A DNA stretch of 64,000 nt from Camelus ferus (taxonomy: Eukaryota), in assembly GCF_009834535.1 (NCBI RefSeq), contig NC_045696.1, forward strand, positions 65,040,001 to 65,104,000, in the 5' to 3' direction. The translations under genes were made by a program, and so were the position numbers. Of the stretch, positions 37,046-50,182 are shown piece by piece (the stretch's first letter is position 1; each line of letters starts with the position of its first letter). Below the pieces are notes generated by a model that had not been told where the DNA came from, searched no databases, and was given only the letters and a program-made list of their open reading frames with translations.

Positions 37046-37611
37046 GTAAACTTTTTGAAAATGTTTTTTAAAAGATCCAAACAACTATCCTGACTAGCCT
37101 TTTTTCCTTAGCACATGGACCAATTTAAAAAGTAAAATAAAAATGTCTAAATCAATGAAATATTTTAGCATTGTGCTGTCACTGTCAAATACCATTAACA
37201 AGCTGTCATTCTCACTTTTCTCCATCGATCAAGGAAACACTAGAAATATGGGAGGTAAAGATAAAATAATCATAAAATATTAACAGCATTTTTTGTCTTC
37301 ATTTATTTGCCTCACACAGATGACTGCGCATATACCATGGCGCTTTGTAACTTCCAAACTCACGTAGGCCGAGTAATGTACTTCTCATTACAGAATTCCA
37401 GTAATGTGCTACTCTAAATGTTTTCTTGATTTTTCCTTCTAATTGAAGAAGCAAGTTGTTAACAACAAAAATAAAATATCATCCTGCATTTTAATATTTT
37501 TCTCAAAGTTGCATGAAAACAAGACATTAAGTGCTTTAATAAAAATAGCATCTTTGCTCACATTAATTAGTGAGAACAGGCACATAGCAAATCTCTGTCT
37601 TAGACCAAACA

Positions 37612-39915
37612 GAATTTTTTTTCAACTTTAAAGACTTTTCTTTTTTTATAACAGTTTTAGATTCACAGGAAAATGAGGAAGGTAAAGAGATTTTCCATAT
37701 ATAACCTGCAACCACACTTGAATAACCTCCCCCATTATTAGTATCTTCCCCACCACAGTGGTATATTTGTTTCAGCTGATGAACCTACACTGATGCATCA
37801 TGGTCGCCCAAAATATAGTGTATATTACGTTTCACTGTTGGTCTTGTACATTCTATGGGTTTGGACAAATGTATAATGATGTGTATCATCCATCACTGTG
37901 GTATCATACAGAGTATTTTCACTGCCCTCAAGACCCTCTGTGCTCTGCCTGTTCATTCTTCCCCATTCCCAGTCTTTGTCGACCCCTGATCTTTTTACTG
38001 TCTCCATATTTTTGTCTTTTCCAGAATGTCATTTACTTGAAGCCTTTTAAGATTGGCTTCTTTCACCTTGTAATACGTATTTAAGGCTCCTTCATGTATT
38101 TTTATGGTTTGATAGCTCTTTTTTTTTTCAGTGTTGGATAATATTTCATTGTCTGGATGTACCACATTTATTTATCTCATCACTTTCTGAGGGATGCCTT
38201 GGTTGCTTCCAAGTTTGGGTACTTATGAATAAAGCTGCTGTAAACATCTGTGTGTAGATTTTTTTGTGAACATGAATTCTCACCTCCTTTGAGTAACTAC
38301 CAAGGAGCACGCTTACTGGGCTGTATGGTAAGAGTATGTTTAGTTTTGTAAGAAACCACCAAACTGTCTTCCAAAGTGGCTGTACCATTTTGCATTCCCA
38401 CCAGCAGTGTATGAAAGTTCCTGTTGCTACACGTAATTCCTAGCATTGGTGGTGTTAGTGTTCCAGATTTTGGCAATTCTAATAGGTATGTAATGGTACC
38501 TCCTTGTTGTTTAATTTTTCATTTTCCTGATAATACGTGATGTGGAGTATTTTTATATGCTTATTTGCCATCTGTATATTTCATTTGGTGACATGTCTAT
38601 TAAGGTCTTTGGCACATTTTTTAATCAGTTGTTGAGTTTTGAGAGTTCTTCGTGTGATTTGGATAACAGCCCTTTATCAGATGTATCTTTTGCAAATATT
38701 TTTTCCCATTCTGTGGCTTGTCTTTTCATTCTCTTAACATTGTTTTTTGCAGAGCAGACATTTTTAATTTTAATGAAGCCCAACTTATCTGTAATTTCTT
38801 TCATGGATTATGCCTTTGTTGTTGGACCTAAAAAAAAATTGCTGTAGCCAAAGCCATCTAGATTTTCTCCTATATTATCATCTAGAGTTTTAAAACTTTG
38901 TGTTTTATTTTTAGATCTGTGATCCATTTTGAGCTAGCTTTTGTGAGGGGTGTAAAGTCTGTGCTTTGACTCGGTTTTTTTGCATATGGATGTCTAGTTG
39001 TCCCAGCACTATTTGTTGAAAAGACTACATTTACCTTTGCTCCTTTTTCAAAGATCAGTTGACTGTGTTTATATGGATCCATTTACAGACTTTATTCTGT
39101 TCCATTGGCTTAGTTGTCTATTTCACCAATATCATAGAGCTTTGATTACTGCAGCTTTATGGTAAATCTCGAAGTTGGGTAATGTCAGTTCTCCAACTTT
39201 GTTCTTCTCCTTCAATATTGTGTTGGCTATTCTGGGTCTTTTGCTTCTTTGTATAAACTTTATAATTAGTTTTTCAATGTTCACAAAATACTTTGTTGGG
39301 ATCTTGATTGGGATTGCATTGAGTCTATAGATCCAGTTGGGAAGAACTGACATTTTGACAATATTGAGTCTTCCTCTCCATAACATGGAATATCTCTCCA
39401 CAACATGGAATATCTCTCCACTTATTTAGTTCATCATTGATATTATTCACCAGAGTTTGGTAGTTTTCCTTGTATAGATCTTGTTCATATTTTGTTATAT
39501 TCATACTTACTTCATTTTGGGTACTAATGTAAATAACATTGTGTTAGTTTGGAATTCCATTCATTCCTAGTATATAGGAAAGCAATGGGCTTTTGCATAT
39601 TAACCTTATATCCTGTAACCTTGTTATGATTACTTATTAGTTCCAAGAGGGTTTTTTTTGTCATTTCTGTTTAAATTTTCTACATAGAAGATGATCTGGT
39701 CATCTGAGAACAAAGGCAATTTTATTTCTTCCTTCCCAATCTGTGTATCTTTTATTTTCTTGTCTAGTCTTATTTCTTTAGCTAGTACTTCCAGTAGGAT
39801 ATTGAAAAGGTGTGGTGAGGGGGGAAATACTTGCCCCGTTCCTGATCTTACTGGGAAAGCTTCGAGTTTCTCACTATTAAGTTAGCTGTAGATTTTTTGT
39901 AGATATTCTTTATTC
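37612..39915 (-). mobile_element. L1MC1-like element of about 2.3 kb (3' UTR plus decayed ORF2 3' part)
   Basis: ORF2 peptides in the ORF track: [25 protein letters not shown] (39132-39401), QLIFEKGAK (38882-39082), VQPLWKTVWWFL (38146-38388); many stops and frameshifts. Confidence 0.95.
39382..39421. repeat. Perfect 20-bp tandem duplication inside L1 ORF2
   Basis: aacatggaatatctctccac x2. Confidence 0.9.
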
Positions 39916-41189
39916 AAACACAGAAATGCTAATATTCAAAAGCTTTGAACAATCATATATACCTTCAAATATTTGAATATTTGCTACATGTAGACAGAGC
40001 ATCCATGACTTTCCAAAGCCTGACATCAGTATTCTATTTACCTTTCCATTACTGCTTTCATTAGAGCCACAGAGCCAATCTATGTTCTTTGGAACTATGA
40101 CATCTTTTCAGTCTCTGTGTGTTTTCCTTGCTGTTTCCTCCATCTTGCATCCCCTCTACGTATGAGCTGATCTTTTTGTTGTGTAACTTATTTTTCTTTC
40201 AAGAGCACAGCTCAAATGCCTCTTTTACTTGAAACATTCTTCTATATCTCCAAGTTGCAGTGGATTCATCTCTCCTAAGTTGCTGTGTATTTATCATTTT
40301 ATTAATGCCTACAGTTGACTAGACATTATCTTATTTATTTGGGAATATGCAGAGCTAATTAAAACTTGGCCTATATTTTTATGGCTTATGGTACTTTTAA
40401 AATTGTATTATATATGCTTAAAGTCATGTGGATTTTTTTTTAGGATTTTTTTTTGAAGTGTAAAATAAAGGAGAATTGAGTGTTCAATCCAACTTTCATA
40501 TCACTTGTTATGTAAGGTTTAAAGAGGATCATGTTATATGACTTTAAGATGTAGACATTTCAGACTTTCAAAATTCATATGAATTTGTTAAGTATAAAAC
40601 CCCTAATGGGAATAGTTTTGTGAGGTTGTATATTTAAACTTCCTCTTATCCATTGTGTGTTAAAAACTCAAGTGCCAACTGCAGAGGAACCTCAGCAATA
40701 AAGCTCTTTATGTGTAGGAAGTAACTTTGGTATATCTACTTTTATCCTCTGAATGAAATAAATGCAAAATTTTCACAGCATAAAGGATTCAAAATCAGTT
40801 AGGTTATTGATGTTAGAGGAATGTCCATATGTAAGAGGTTATTAGGAACAGAAGTTGTAAAAGAATTTATTTTTAATAGCATTTCATTCTTAGTACATAG
40901 AAGAGAAGAATGTTGTTCCCTAGAGGTTCAAAGTGTATATTCCATATCTGCAAATCAATGTGTATGAGCACGAGGCTGTTATTACCAAAGTCATTAATTA
41001 CAGCCCTGCTTGTTCTTCTGTTGTGAAGGATATTCACTCATTTACTCTCTCTGACTGACAGGCAGTAATGACTCCAATAAACTAATGAGATATCAAGTTA
41101 AATAAATATGATTTTAGGTTAATAAAAGTGTAAACATGATTTTAATGAGTTTCTGTGCTAATAGTTTCCCTCTTTATGGATCAGTGTTG

Positions 41190-41385
41190 GTGGTACACAC
41201 AGAGGGTTGAATGTAAGACTAGGTTCCATGTCCAGCTCTATGGTTTACCAGATTTATGGCAGAGTTAAGCTGTATTAGCCCTCTCAGCCCGAGTCTTTGA
41301 GCTTACCCCATAGAGTTATGGTGAGGTTCAAGTGAAATAACAGACACTGACTTTTTTTAAAGGCAAGTGTTATTTAAATGCAGAA
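41190..41385 (+). mobile_element. MIR
   Basis: agactaggttccatgtccagctct...cttaccccatagagttatggtgaggttcaagtgaaataa. Confidence 0.7.
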
Positions 41386-43769
41386 AAGTAAAATTTATAA
41401 ATTTGTGAAGTAGATCTAATTTGATGACTCCCATTTTTTTAGAGCGTTGTTTTTGCCCCCTCTCCGCATATCTCCATTTCAGTTATTTTCCATTTCCATT
41501 CACTCATCCCTACAATGGATATTTATGGTCCATCTGTAATGTGTCAAGCTCTATAATAAACTCTGCTTAGCTCCTTGAATCCTGTGCACTCTTTGTTTCA
41601 TTCTCTAAGAATCCAGCTGTTGACTAGCTAAATCGGAAAACAAATACATACCAACAGCCTTCTCCAGATGATCTTTCACAATTACCACACAGAATGTGGG
41701 GCTGTGGCACCTTTGGGAAAATTTTATATGCTTTTATTAGCTTTTTCACCTTGCTGTCAAAAATAAGATATTTTCACCATCCATTAAAATACTTGGGTAG
41801 CCTGCCCACTTACTTTATCTGTGCAAAAGCATTGATCTTCTGATCATTAATTTCAAACATAGAGCCTCTCTTTAACATCAAGAAACTTAAGGAACACAGG
41901 CTTATCAAGATACAACTAAATTCATCGTGCTGTAAAGAGTCTAGATATAGTCTGTTGCCCCCATTCCCGATCCCATTTCAATGGCTGAGAGAGGGGGATA
42001 TGTTTTGTTCAGGATCACATAGCTTATTACTGGTAGAGTTAGAGCCACCTCACCAAGCACTTGTTGATGCTGTGATCTACATATTTAAGGTTTTGATGAC
42101 TCCTGGCATGTGAATATACTACAGGGGTTAGTGTACGCATCAGGGGACAATAATCTGAGAGTTTATTTGGCGTCCTATATTGAAGTTTCATTCTTATGTC
42201 TAACATATATATATCTCTTAGATCTAGTATTTTTCCAGATTAAACTGGAGAAGAAAAAAATAGTACATAGCAAGTGTTTTCATTCCTGCTTGATTAGTAT
42301 TCTCATTTTCATTGTGACTTTAATGTCTTTATGTTCTCAAACATGAGTAATTGCCATTACTTTCTTGATTGGTCTCTTTAGCACTGCTGTTTTCTAGAGT
42401 CAGGAAACAAACCTTTCACCTCTAGGAAATTGACTTGAAAATCCCTCAGTCAGTGCGTGTATACAGTTGGCCTTTGACATATGAATCCTTCTGGTCTTCA
42501 ACCGAGAAAATACCGTTCATTCCATCAGGATTGTGTTGGTTTTATTCCTGAGCTTTCCTGACCTAAGAGTACATGATTCAATTACTTTCATTTTCATTGT
42601 TCTGACAGAGGCAGGGAAAGGGAGCAGTTAGATCTCACAAACAGCAAGACTGTCTTTTTTCTTCACCTTTCTAGATTGACAAGGATTGTTGTTTATCATA
42701 TCTTTAAATAGCCACTTACAAGATTTAGCTTTTCTCAGATGGCCAAATGTTTTTCCCTTATTCCTAAAGTTAATGCACTGTCTCTCAGAGCAATCGCTGC
42801 TTAGGTAGGCTTTCTGTATTCCGTGGCATCTTCTGAAAATAGACAGTGTATACATTTGTCTGTCTGCTGGATTCAGCAAGCTACTTGTTATTTTTAGACT
42901 GTACCTTTTTTTTTTTGACCCCAAACCCCCTTGTTCCCCCAAACCCTTTTTTAAAAAGAGTAAGGAATGTCAAATATAGAAGACATCTAATCTGACCTGA
43001 TCTATGTCTTGTATGAAATGCTAGCCTTGAGTGCAATGTCAAGGTGGATGAATAGAACATGGCTGGCTGCACTCACTACTCAGTTTTTCTTTCCAGCCTT
43101 GTTAGCATTTCATTTTAGGCTCATAATTTCCTACAGATAGAACATTATCTTCTTTCTTTTGTTCTCCCGTCCCCATTTTATAGATGACAAGTGAGGCCAC
43201 GAGAGGTCGAGTAGCCTCTCCAGATTAGTTGGCATTGTTATTGACGTCAGCGTTTCCCATTTGTTTGTGTATCTTGCACAGTTTCCTTGACACTGTTCTG
43301 GGACAAGCTTAATTAGTTTACTACTTAAGTTGACTCTAAGTTATCTAAAAAGCATGTGCATAAAATTTTCCAGAATGGAAAGCTTATAGAAGTTGGAAAT
43401 AGTCTGTTAATGAACTGTTGCCGAAATTACCTTAAAAGGTAATAAGATCTGCGCCTTGTGCCACTGGAAGTGTCCAAAGAGGGGCTGAGTAAAGCAAAGT
43501 GAAATGCCTCTGAGAATGGGCACTAGCATGTGGATCACGTTTACCTTTCTATTATAAACAATCAGGATTTCCCCAAAACATTGCTCAGTTGTTTACGTAT
43601 GTTTGGCCAGTAGCGTGACGATGTTGATTATTATAAGCTTCAGGAATTTGGGGAACATCAGATTTCAAAAGCCATTTTGGTTTTTTTTTCGAACCTTTAT
43701 TATATCACTGATATCTATTTCAATTCAGTTTTCCTTTTCAGTATCCTCAGGACTCCATTTTGAATTGAT

Positions 43770-43900
43770 AGGCTGTTACGTCTAGAACAGCTATTAGAGA
43801 TTATCCTGTCTCCTCCGTCTCTCACCCCATTTTACAGATGATGTCAGCAAAGGTACAAGAAGTAATATAGCATCTGAAAAATTTACAAATCTGGTGAACA
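43770..43900 (-). mobile_element. MIR/MIR3 fragment
   Basis: ttagagattatcctgtc...ccccattttacagatga. Confidence 0.6.
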
Positions 43901-46900
43901 TTATTACTGATTTTAGTTTTTTCCACTCATTTCCTCAGCAGTCTCCACCCTCAATTTAATGTTGTTTCATTTTTACTCAGGTTATATAGGTTAGAGAATA
44001 AACATTAAGTAAATAAAGTAACTTAAAAAACCCTATATTATCAGTATGGAAGGCCATTAATTCCTTAATGGCCATCAGCGAACATTTCACTTCTAATTAG
44101 ATGCCTGAAAACATTTTGGTCTGAAAAATTTGAACATTCTCTCCTTATCTTATTTGTGTGATTAATTTGCTTATCATATCTTTTTATCATAATGCAAAAT
44201 TCTCAGCACTTTGTCTTTGGAATTGATGCATTTTTCTGAATTTTCTCTAGGTTGTTCCTTCTATTCAAACTTTGTAACAAAGCTATGGAATTAAGAAATC
44301 TGTTGACAGCAAATACATAGGTATTATGAGAGCTAAAATTAAAAAGAAAAAAAATAGCTCTGCAGGTTGGCATTCAGAAGTCCCCAAAGGAATTTGTAAA
44401 GAAGATAATCTCCCTTCCCATGCTGTCCTGTTTCGACAGTAATGAAAACTGTAGCTTTCCATCCACTGTTTTCAAATACAGAGAGTAATAAGTAAGTCCT
44501 TATGATCTCTATGGTGCTTATCTGAGAGTATTTTATAAAAACTTGGCAAGAGGAGAAATAGAACAAAGAAACAGTGCTCTCAAATGATGTCACATCCAAA
44601 ATTAAATTTCCTATAATCTAGATTTCACTTCATCCCCAATATGAAAAATTACAGCATATTAAACAATTTTAAAGATCAGTAAAGGAAGACGCACGATAAA
44701 TATTTAAAGTTGGTTGCCTGATCCTGAGGTTAGTAGTAAATGTCCAGAGTGTTTTATGTAGGTGCTGAGAAGGATACAGAATTAAAAAACACGAATGTCA
44801 CTAAAAATACATTTTTCTTTCCTACTAAGACATTCCAGAAAGATTTAGAGAATTGCACATGGACTTTCAAAGTAGAGACTGTGGTTAGTCAATTCACAGT
44901 GACCAATAAGAATAGTACTTCATTATTATCAGTTTTTGATTAGTTCCAAAGGAAGTATTTTTAGAAAGTTACCTTTCCTTATATTTCTGGTAATTGTACA
45001 TTTTATGAAACGAAAACAGAAACCCTAAGGAACCATATCTGAGCTCTAGTCTTGAGGCAGATTCCATTCAGTAGATAGTGACTTTTTGCCCTAAGGCTCA
45101 GCCCACTGTCATGTTAGGTGATTATTCTCTATAGCTAGTGTTTATTTATTGCAAAAACGGACACTTGTCTTTGCAACTATGGCCGCTGAAAAATTAATCT
45201 ATCCTTTTATTCTGTATCCTAGTTTGTGTTAAAGAAAGAGTGTTTAAGTCTGTCAAATTGTCATAGAAATGTAAATGGACTCAAAAGGGGTGAAAGAATG
45301 CTGTAAAATGCTGTCAAGTCTACTTTGATGGTTCACATTTAGAGTGTTATTCTTGAAGGAAAGTTAAGAAATTTGCAGCCTAGAATATTTTAGTTATTAA
45401 TTCCGTCTAGATTTAACATTCTTAACTGGGAAAGTTGCTGCTAACTACCTTCGGGTATAGATGGGATTTTTTTTGTCTCCTGGCCAATTTAAAAATTCTG
45501 CCGCATCATTGAGTAGTTTTACCTAATGAGCTTTAAATATTGGCTAAAAAAGAAAGGTGACATTTCATCTCTCAATTGTTTATAAAGATTGCCCTCTTTC
45601 AGGGGTCTGTATCTTGCTCTGTTCTAACACTCTCATTCAAAATCTGCACCTAAGACATTATAAAACGTGTTATTCATCCAGGCCTTTGAACAAAAAGAAG
45701 TCCCACATATTTTTTTTTTTAGGTACAATCTTAGAAATAGCCTTTTGCTATCTTTTAAAATTAATTTACTCTGACTTTTGTCTTGAATCATTTAAATGGT
45801 ATCTACTTTAGTTGAAATGATGTCTTTATGAAAAGTTAAACTTATGACCTATCATAAATTAAATGTAAAAGAAGAATTTGTTTCTGCTTCAAAATGAGCA
45901 TTCAAAATGCCTTTTGGGAATAGATAAGCAATTGGTGGACCCTGCTGGCCCTATGTAGGACAGGCAACATCCATCCTAGCTCTGTCTCCAAGGTAACCAC
46001 AATGGTAGAGTACACCTCCAATGGATGCTTATCCCCGTGAAATACTTAGCTGCATGAGGACAGAGTAGATCATTATTACTTATTTATTACCCCACCCCCT
46101 GGCAGAGTATCTGACTCAAAGCAGGAATCCTATTAATCCTTGGTATGTGAATTAATTAAATAATCTTAAAAACCAAATAATATTGGTTGCACCAGGATTA
46201 TATTTTTTATGAGAAATCTAAAAAAAAGTTATATAAAAATAATCAAATTCCTTACTAAAAAGCGTACATACTTTTGTTAGACTACCTTAGATTATAGTTT
46301 TATGTAAAGTGAATGGGGACTTGATAAGGTTTCAAGTATAGTAGTAATTTTTTTGAATGTTAAGAAAGGTGCATTTCTATGATTATCTTCTCAGGAAAGA
46401 AAAATGACACACTCTAGAATTATCTATATGATGTTCATGCATAGAAAGAAAAAAATATGGCCAATTATTCAATATTTTATTTTTAGGGTGCCAAACATAT
46501 TAAATGTATGACATAAACCCTCATGGAAATATCCTGATGTTTACAGCTATCAAGGAAAATTTTGTCCAGAGTAATATGAAATGGTAACTAACTCTAGGAG
46601 ACTATCAATATCAGCTAGACTCTAGACCATGCTTTCATTTTACAAGAGGAGAGATGAGTATCTTCAGGGTCCATAGCTCCTGCTCACCCCGAGTCACTAA
46701 TTTAGGTTACCACCTGGTCCCTCCAGACATGTGAATTTACTATCCTTGCACTAGATGAGAATGTACTGACCTCCGGGCCAGTGAACTGAAAAGCTTCAGC
46801 ACACTCTGAAGCAAGTGCTTTGGTATTTTGGGCAGATCCCAAGATAAGCCTAATGAGCTAAATCTCCTGTTATCCATTTTACAAGTTTCTGACCTATTTG

Positions 46901-47599
46901 AATATATTTCTGCTTCAGATGGATCAGCCTCATGAAGTACTAGGAAACTATACCTTTTATTGAAAGTGTGCCTCCATTTTTAAATCCTCAAGTTCATTTT
47001 CAATAGTTATGTCAGGAGAAGCATGAATCCGGCACTGCTTGGATTGTGAGGAGCAGAGATGTCATTCTAGTTAGAAAGATGCTGCTTTTCTGTTTTCCGC
47101 ACACTACGCACACCTGCTGTCTCAGTGTGCACCATTTGGTAGAAGAGGAACTTGAGAGAGACCAAGACTATTGACTCACAGCCAAACTCAGGCACACGAG
47201 GGTGAGCCAACAACAGTTACTTTGTGTGTCAGGCTCATGATACTCGTGGGAGTCACAGTGAGGGATGGCACATAAATTATAATATTTGCAATAAAAATGT
47301 CTTTTAAAAGGAGTGAGGACAAAGGCCACTTCCCAACATTTGAAAGTGTTTCAGTATAGATTGGGAACTCATCCTAAGATAGGTGGAGTCATGGTATGAC
47401 CCAGTTGTGTTGAAAATGACAGATCACATAGGATTAGGTCGTGAGGTATAGCTTTGAAATGTTACCCAGTCTAAACCAAGCTAATTCTTATCACCAGGTT
47501 TTAAGAGAAGAGGTGTGTTTGGTAAGAGTTATAACTCTGGGACTGTTGAGGAAGAACACTGATAATGGGAACCTACTTAAAAGGAAAAGAAACTTAAAT

Positions 47600-47900
47600 C
47601 ACTGTTGATGAAGGGGTCCTTGATTGCCTTAAAAAGAAAATGAACATTCTTCCCATGCAGTCCAGGGTCTGTGTCCAAGACAGTGGCAGAGGGACAGTGT
47701 CCATAAAAGATCAAGTTATAAAATTTGAAGTAACTCCTTTCTCACCCCAGATTAGACTGCATCTAAAATAGACATCCACTTCGTGGAGCCGTATTTTAAT
47801 AGACGTGTTGGCGGTCCTGAACATACCTAGTTCAAGGCAAGCAAGGCTGACATCTTGGGCTCACTCATGAAAGCCTAAAGAAATGGACAGAAATTTTTTG
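47600..47900 (+). mobile_element. CR1/L3 fragment
   Basis: attagactgcatctaaaatagacatccacttcgtggagccgtattttaatagac resembles the CR1 RPHLEYCVQFWAP region. Confidence 0.5.
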
Positions 47901-48705
47901 TTTTTAAGAGGTCATCATTCCTCAGAATAACACGCATAAATGATAATTCTTTGCACATATATGGTGCATTTTAATTTACAAGACCTTTTCACTCATATCA
48001 TCACATTTGTAGTCCAATGCTTTTTCAGGGGTCAGGGAGCTGGTATTGACCGACTAAAATTTTGGAAGAGTATTTCAAAAAGAGAGTTGGAATTAGAACT
48101 TGTAAGAATCTGATTATCAGTATAAAGTTGGGTTCCGGTGAAAAGCATGTTGTAGCTCTGTCAAAGAATTAGATTTTTCTTCTAAAATGTGATTGCTTCA
48201 GTGAATCAATAACTTGTCCTTTAAAATTTTTTTTTATGTATGGTAATTTCTGAAACATAAAACTTCATGCCAGATGCAACTTGTAGATGGTGTTTGTCTG
48301 TCTGATCGTTACCAAGAGATATATTATTTGTAGAATAATTATGAAGTTTGACCACTGTGTTTGATGCTGGAGATGTGATACTGATAAAAAAAAAAAAGTC
48401 TGTGCAACATAATCTCAGAATAACTTAAACTCTTAATCTTTCTCAAGACCCCCTTAAAAAAAAAAAACCCAAAATTTTTCTTAACTCTCATAAGCTGTGT
48501 TCCCCACCCTACATGTCCTCATGCTTTTCTTCAGCCTGCCCTTTCCCACAAAAAATGGAAAACTCCTCCTTGACCTTTTCTGCTTCACACAGTCTTGCTT
48601 TTCTCCCTCCTTGCTCCTGACCTTCAAACACAGAAGACTTTAAAAACATCCTGCTCAAAGGAATGACAGAGACCGAGTAGCCAGACCAGAATCTTCTTTG
48701 GAGGG

Positions 48706-49117
48706 TGTGTTCATTCACTGGGGCTGCCATAACAAAATACCACAGACTGGGTGGTTTAAACAATAGAAATTTCTTTTCTCACAGTTTTGGAGGCTGGAAG
48801 TCCGAGATCCAGGAGCCAGTAGGGTTGGTTTCCTCTGAGATCTCTTTGCTCATCTCCCAGGTGATCACCCTTCTGCTGCGTCTTCACAGGGCAGCCCCTC
48901 TGCGCATGAGCACCCCAGGTGTCTCTCTGTGTCTTCACTTTTTTTTTTTTTATAAGAATATCAGCCAGATTGGATTAGGGCTACACCCTAACAGGCTCAT
49001 TTTAACCCAGTTACCTCTTTAAAGGCCATATCAGCAAATGGAGTCACTTGCTTATGTACTGAGAGTTCCCTAACTCAACCTATGAATTTTGAGGTTACAC
49101 AATTCAGTTCATAAGAG
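48706..49117 (-). mobile_element. MaLR solo LTR (MLT1A/B-like), full length
   Basis: ggggctgccataacaaaataccacagactgggtggtttaaacaatagaaattt...ctcacagttttggaggctggaagtccgagatc...acacaattcagttcataa. Confidence 0.92.
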
Positions 49118-49769
49118 CGAGCACAGGGAGGAAAAAGCTGGCTAGATTTACAGTTTTTTAAATCCAGTTCCTAGACAAGTAAATGAATCTAATGAACAGC
49201 TCATTCCTGCTTGGACAAGTCAAGTTTGTCTCATTTTGAAACTGAAAAATATGCCTTCATCACGGAAAAGAATATTATTTCTCAAGAGACTGTCTGACAT
49301 TGGCTTTCTCTGTTGGACTCCTCCAAGTGTGGAAAGTAAAGCAGGAAAGAACAGAGGAATGAAGGGGAATTGAAAAGCCCCATTTGGACAGTGCTGACAG
49401 GACGGGAGTTTTCATGAAACTGAGACTGAGGCTCAGAAAGGCTACAAGCTGTTGACTCATGTGAAGAGGCTGTGTTTTGTTTGTTTGTTTTATGTTAATA
49501 CACCAGAATCCCAGGCAAATCTATTCTAAACCCATGATAGCAAACCCAAGTGCTGAGAGCCCATGGTGGGGAGAGGGGCATTTAGCTAAATTAGCTCCAA
49601 TAATTCTTAGATAGAAGCAGTGAAGACCCAATGTAGCCTCAGGCTTTTCATAAGAGGCTAAAAGTTGCATTTCTATATGTAATTTTATGAATTTGAAGAA
49701 ACCGTTGGAATTAAAGCAAACATATCCATGGGTCATAACTGCATGGTTACCCACGCTCTTTCCAAAGTC

Positions 49770-49960
49770 ACATTGAACCATATGGTTTTATTTATCTTAT
49801 AACAAACATGTAAAATAAGTATGCTTATTCAGGTTTTACATATGAGAAAGCCAAAGCTTATAGAAATTAAGGCACTTGCTGGCTTTTACACAAGTAATAA
49901 ACTCAGAGGCAGCAAAGGAATCCTGTGTATGATACCAAAGCCCTAAGCGTTCCTTTGTTT
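49770..49960 (-). mobile_element. MIR
   Basis: ttttacatatgagaaagccaaagcttatagaaattaaggcacttgc. Confidence 0.7.
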
Positions 49961-50163
49961 CCTTCTACCTCTCAGAAAATGTTTTAGTGCAGGTATCACA
50001 TCACACAATCAATTATTTCTAAAAGCTTATTTTGAGGTGTTTCTTACCTGTCCGATACAGTTTTTGAAAGAAAAATGAAGAGAGCTAGAAATAGGAATCA
50101 TGGGACCCATAACCCTCTCTTTCTCGGTCTACTGAATGCAGCCTGTTCCAGCCAAGCCACCAC

Positions 50164-50182
50164 CACGCCACCTAGTGGCAGC
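50164..50182 (-). promoter_or_regulatory. Candidate CTCF binding site
   Basis: Minus strand GCTGCCACTAGGTGGCGTG matches the core CCASYAGRKGGCR; not in a recognisable TE. Confidence 0.6.

Noticed and set aside
38146..39401. RT/ORF2-like peptides as an active retroelement or domesticated gene
   Set aside because: Broken into short frames by stops, frameshifts and a 20-bp duplication; an ordinary dead L1
44052..44073. Hairpin ggccattaa-ttcc-ttaatggcc as a terminator or miRNA
   Set aside because: A 9-bp stem is far too short for a pre-miRNA; intrinsic terminators do not apply to mammalian DNA
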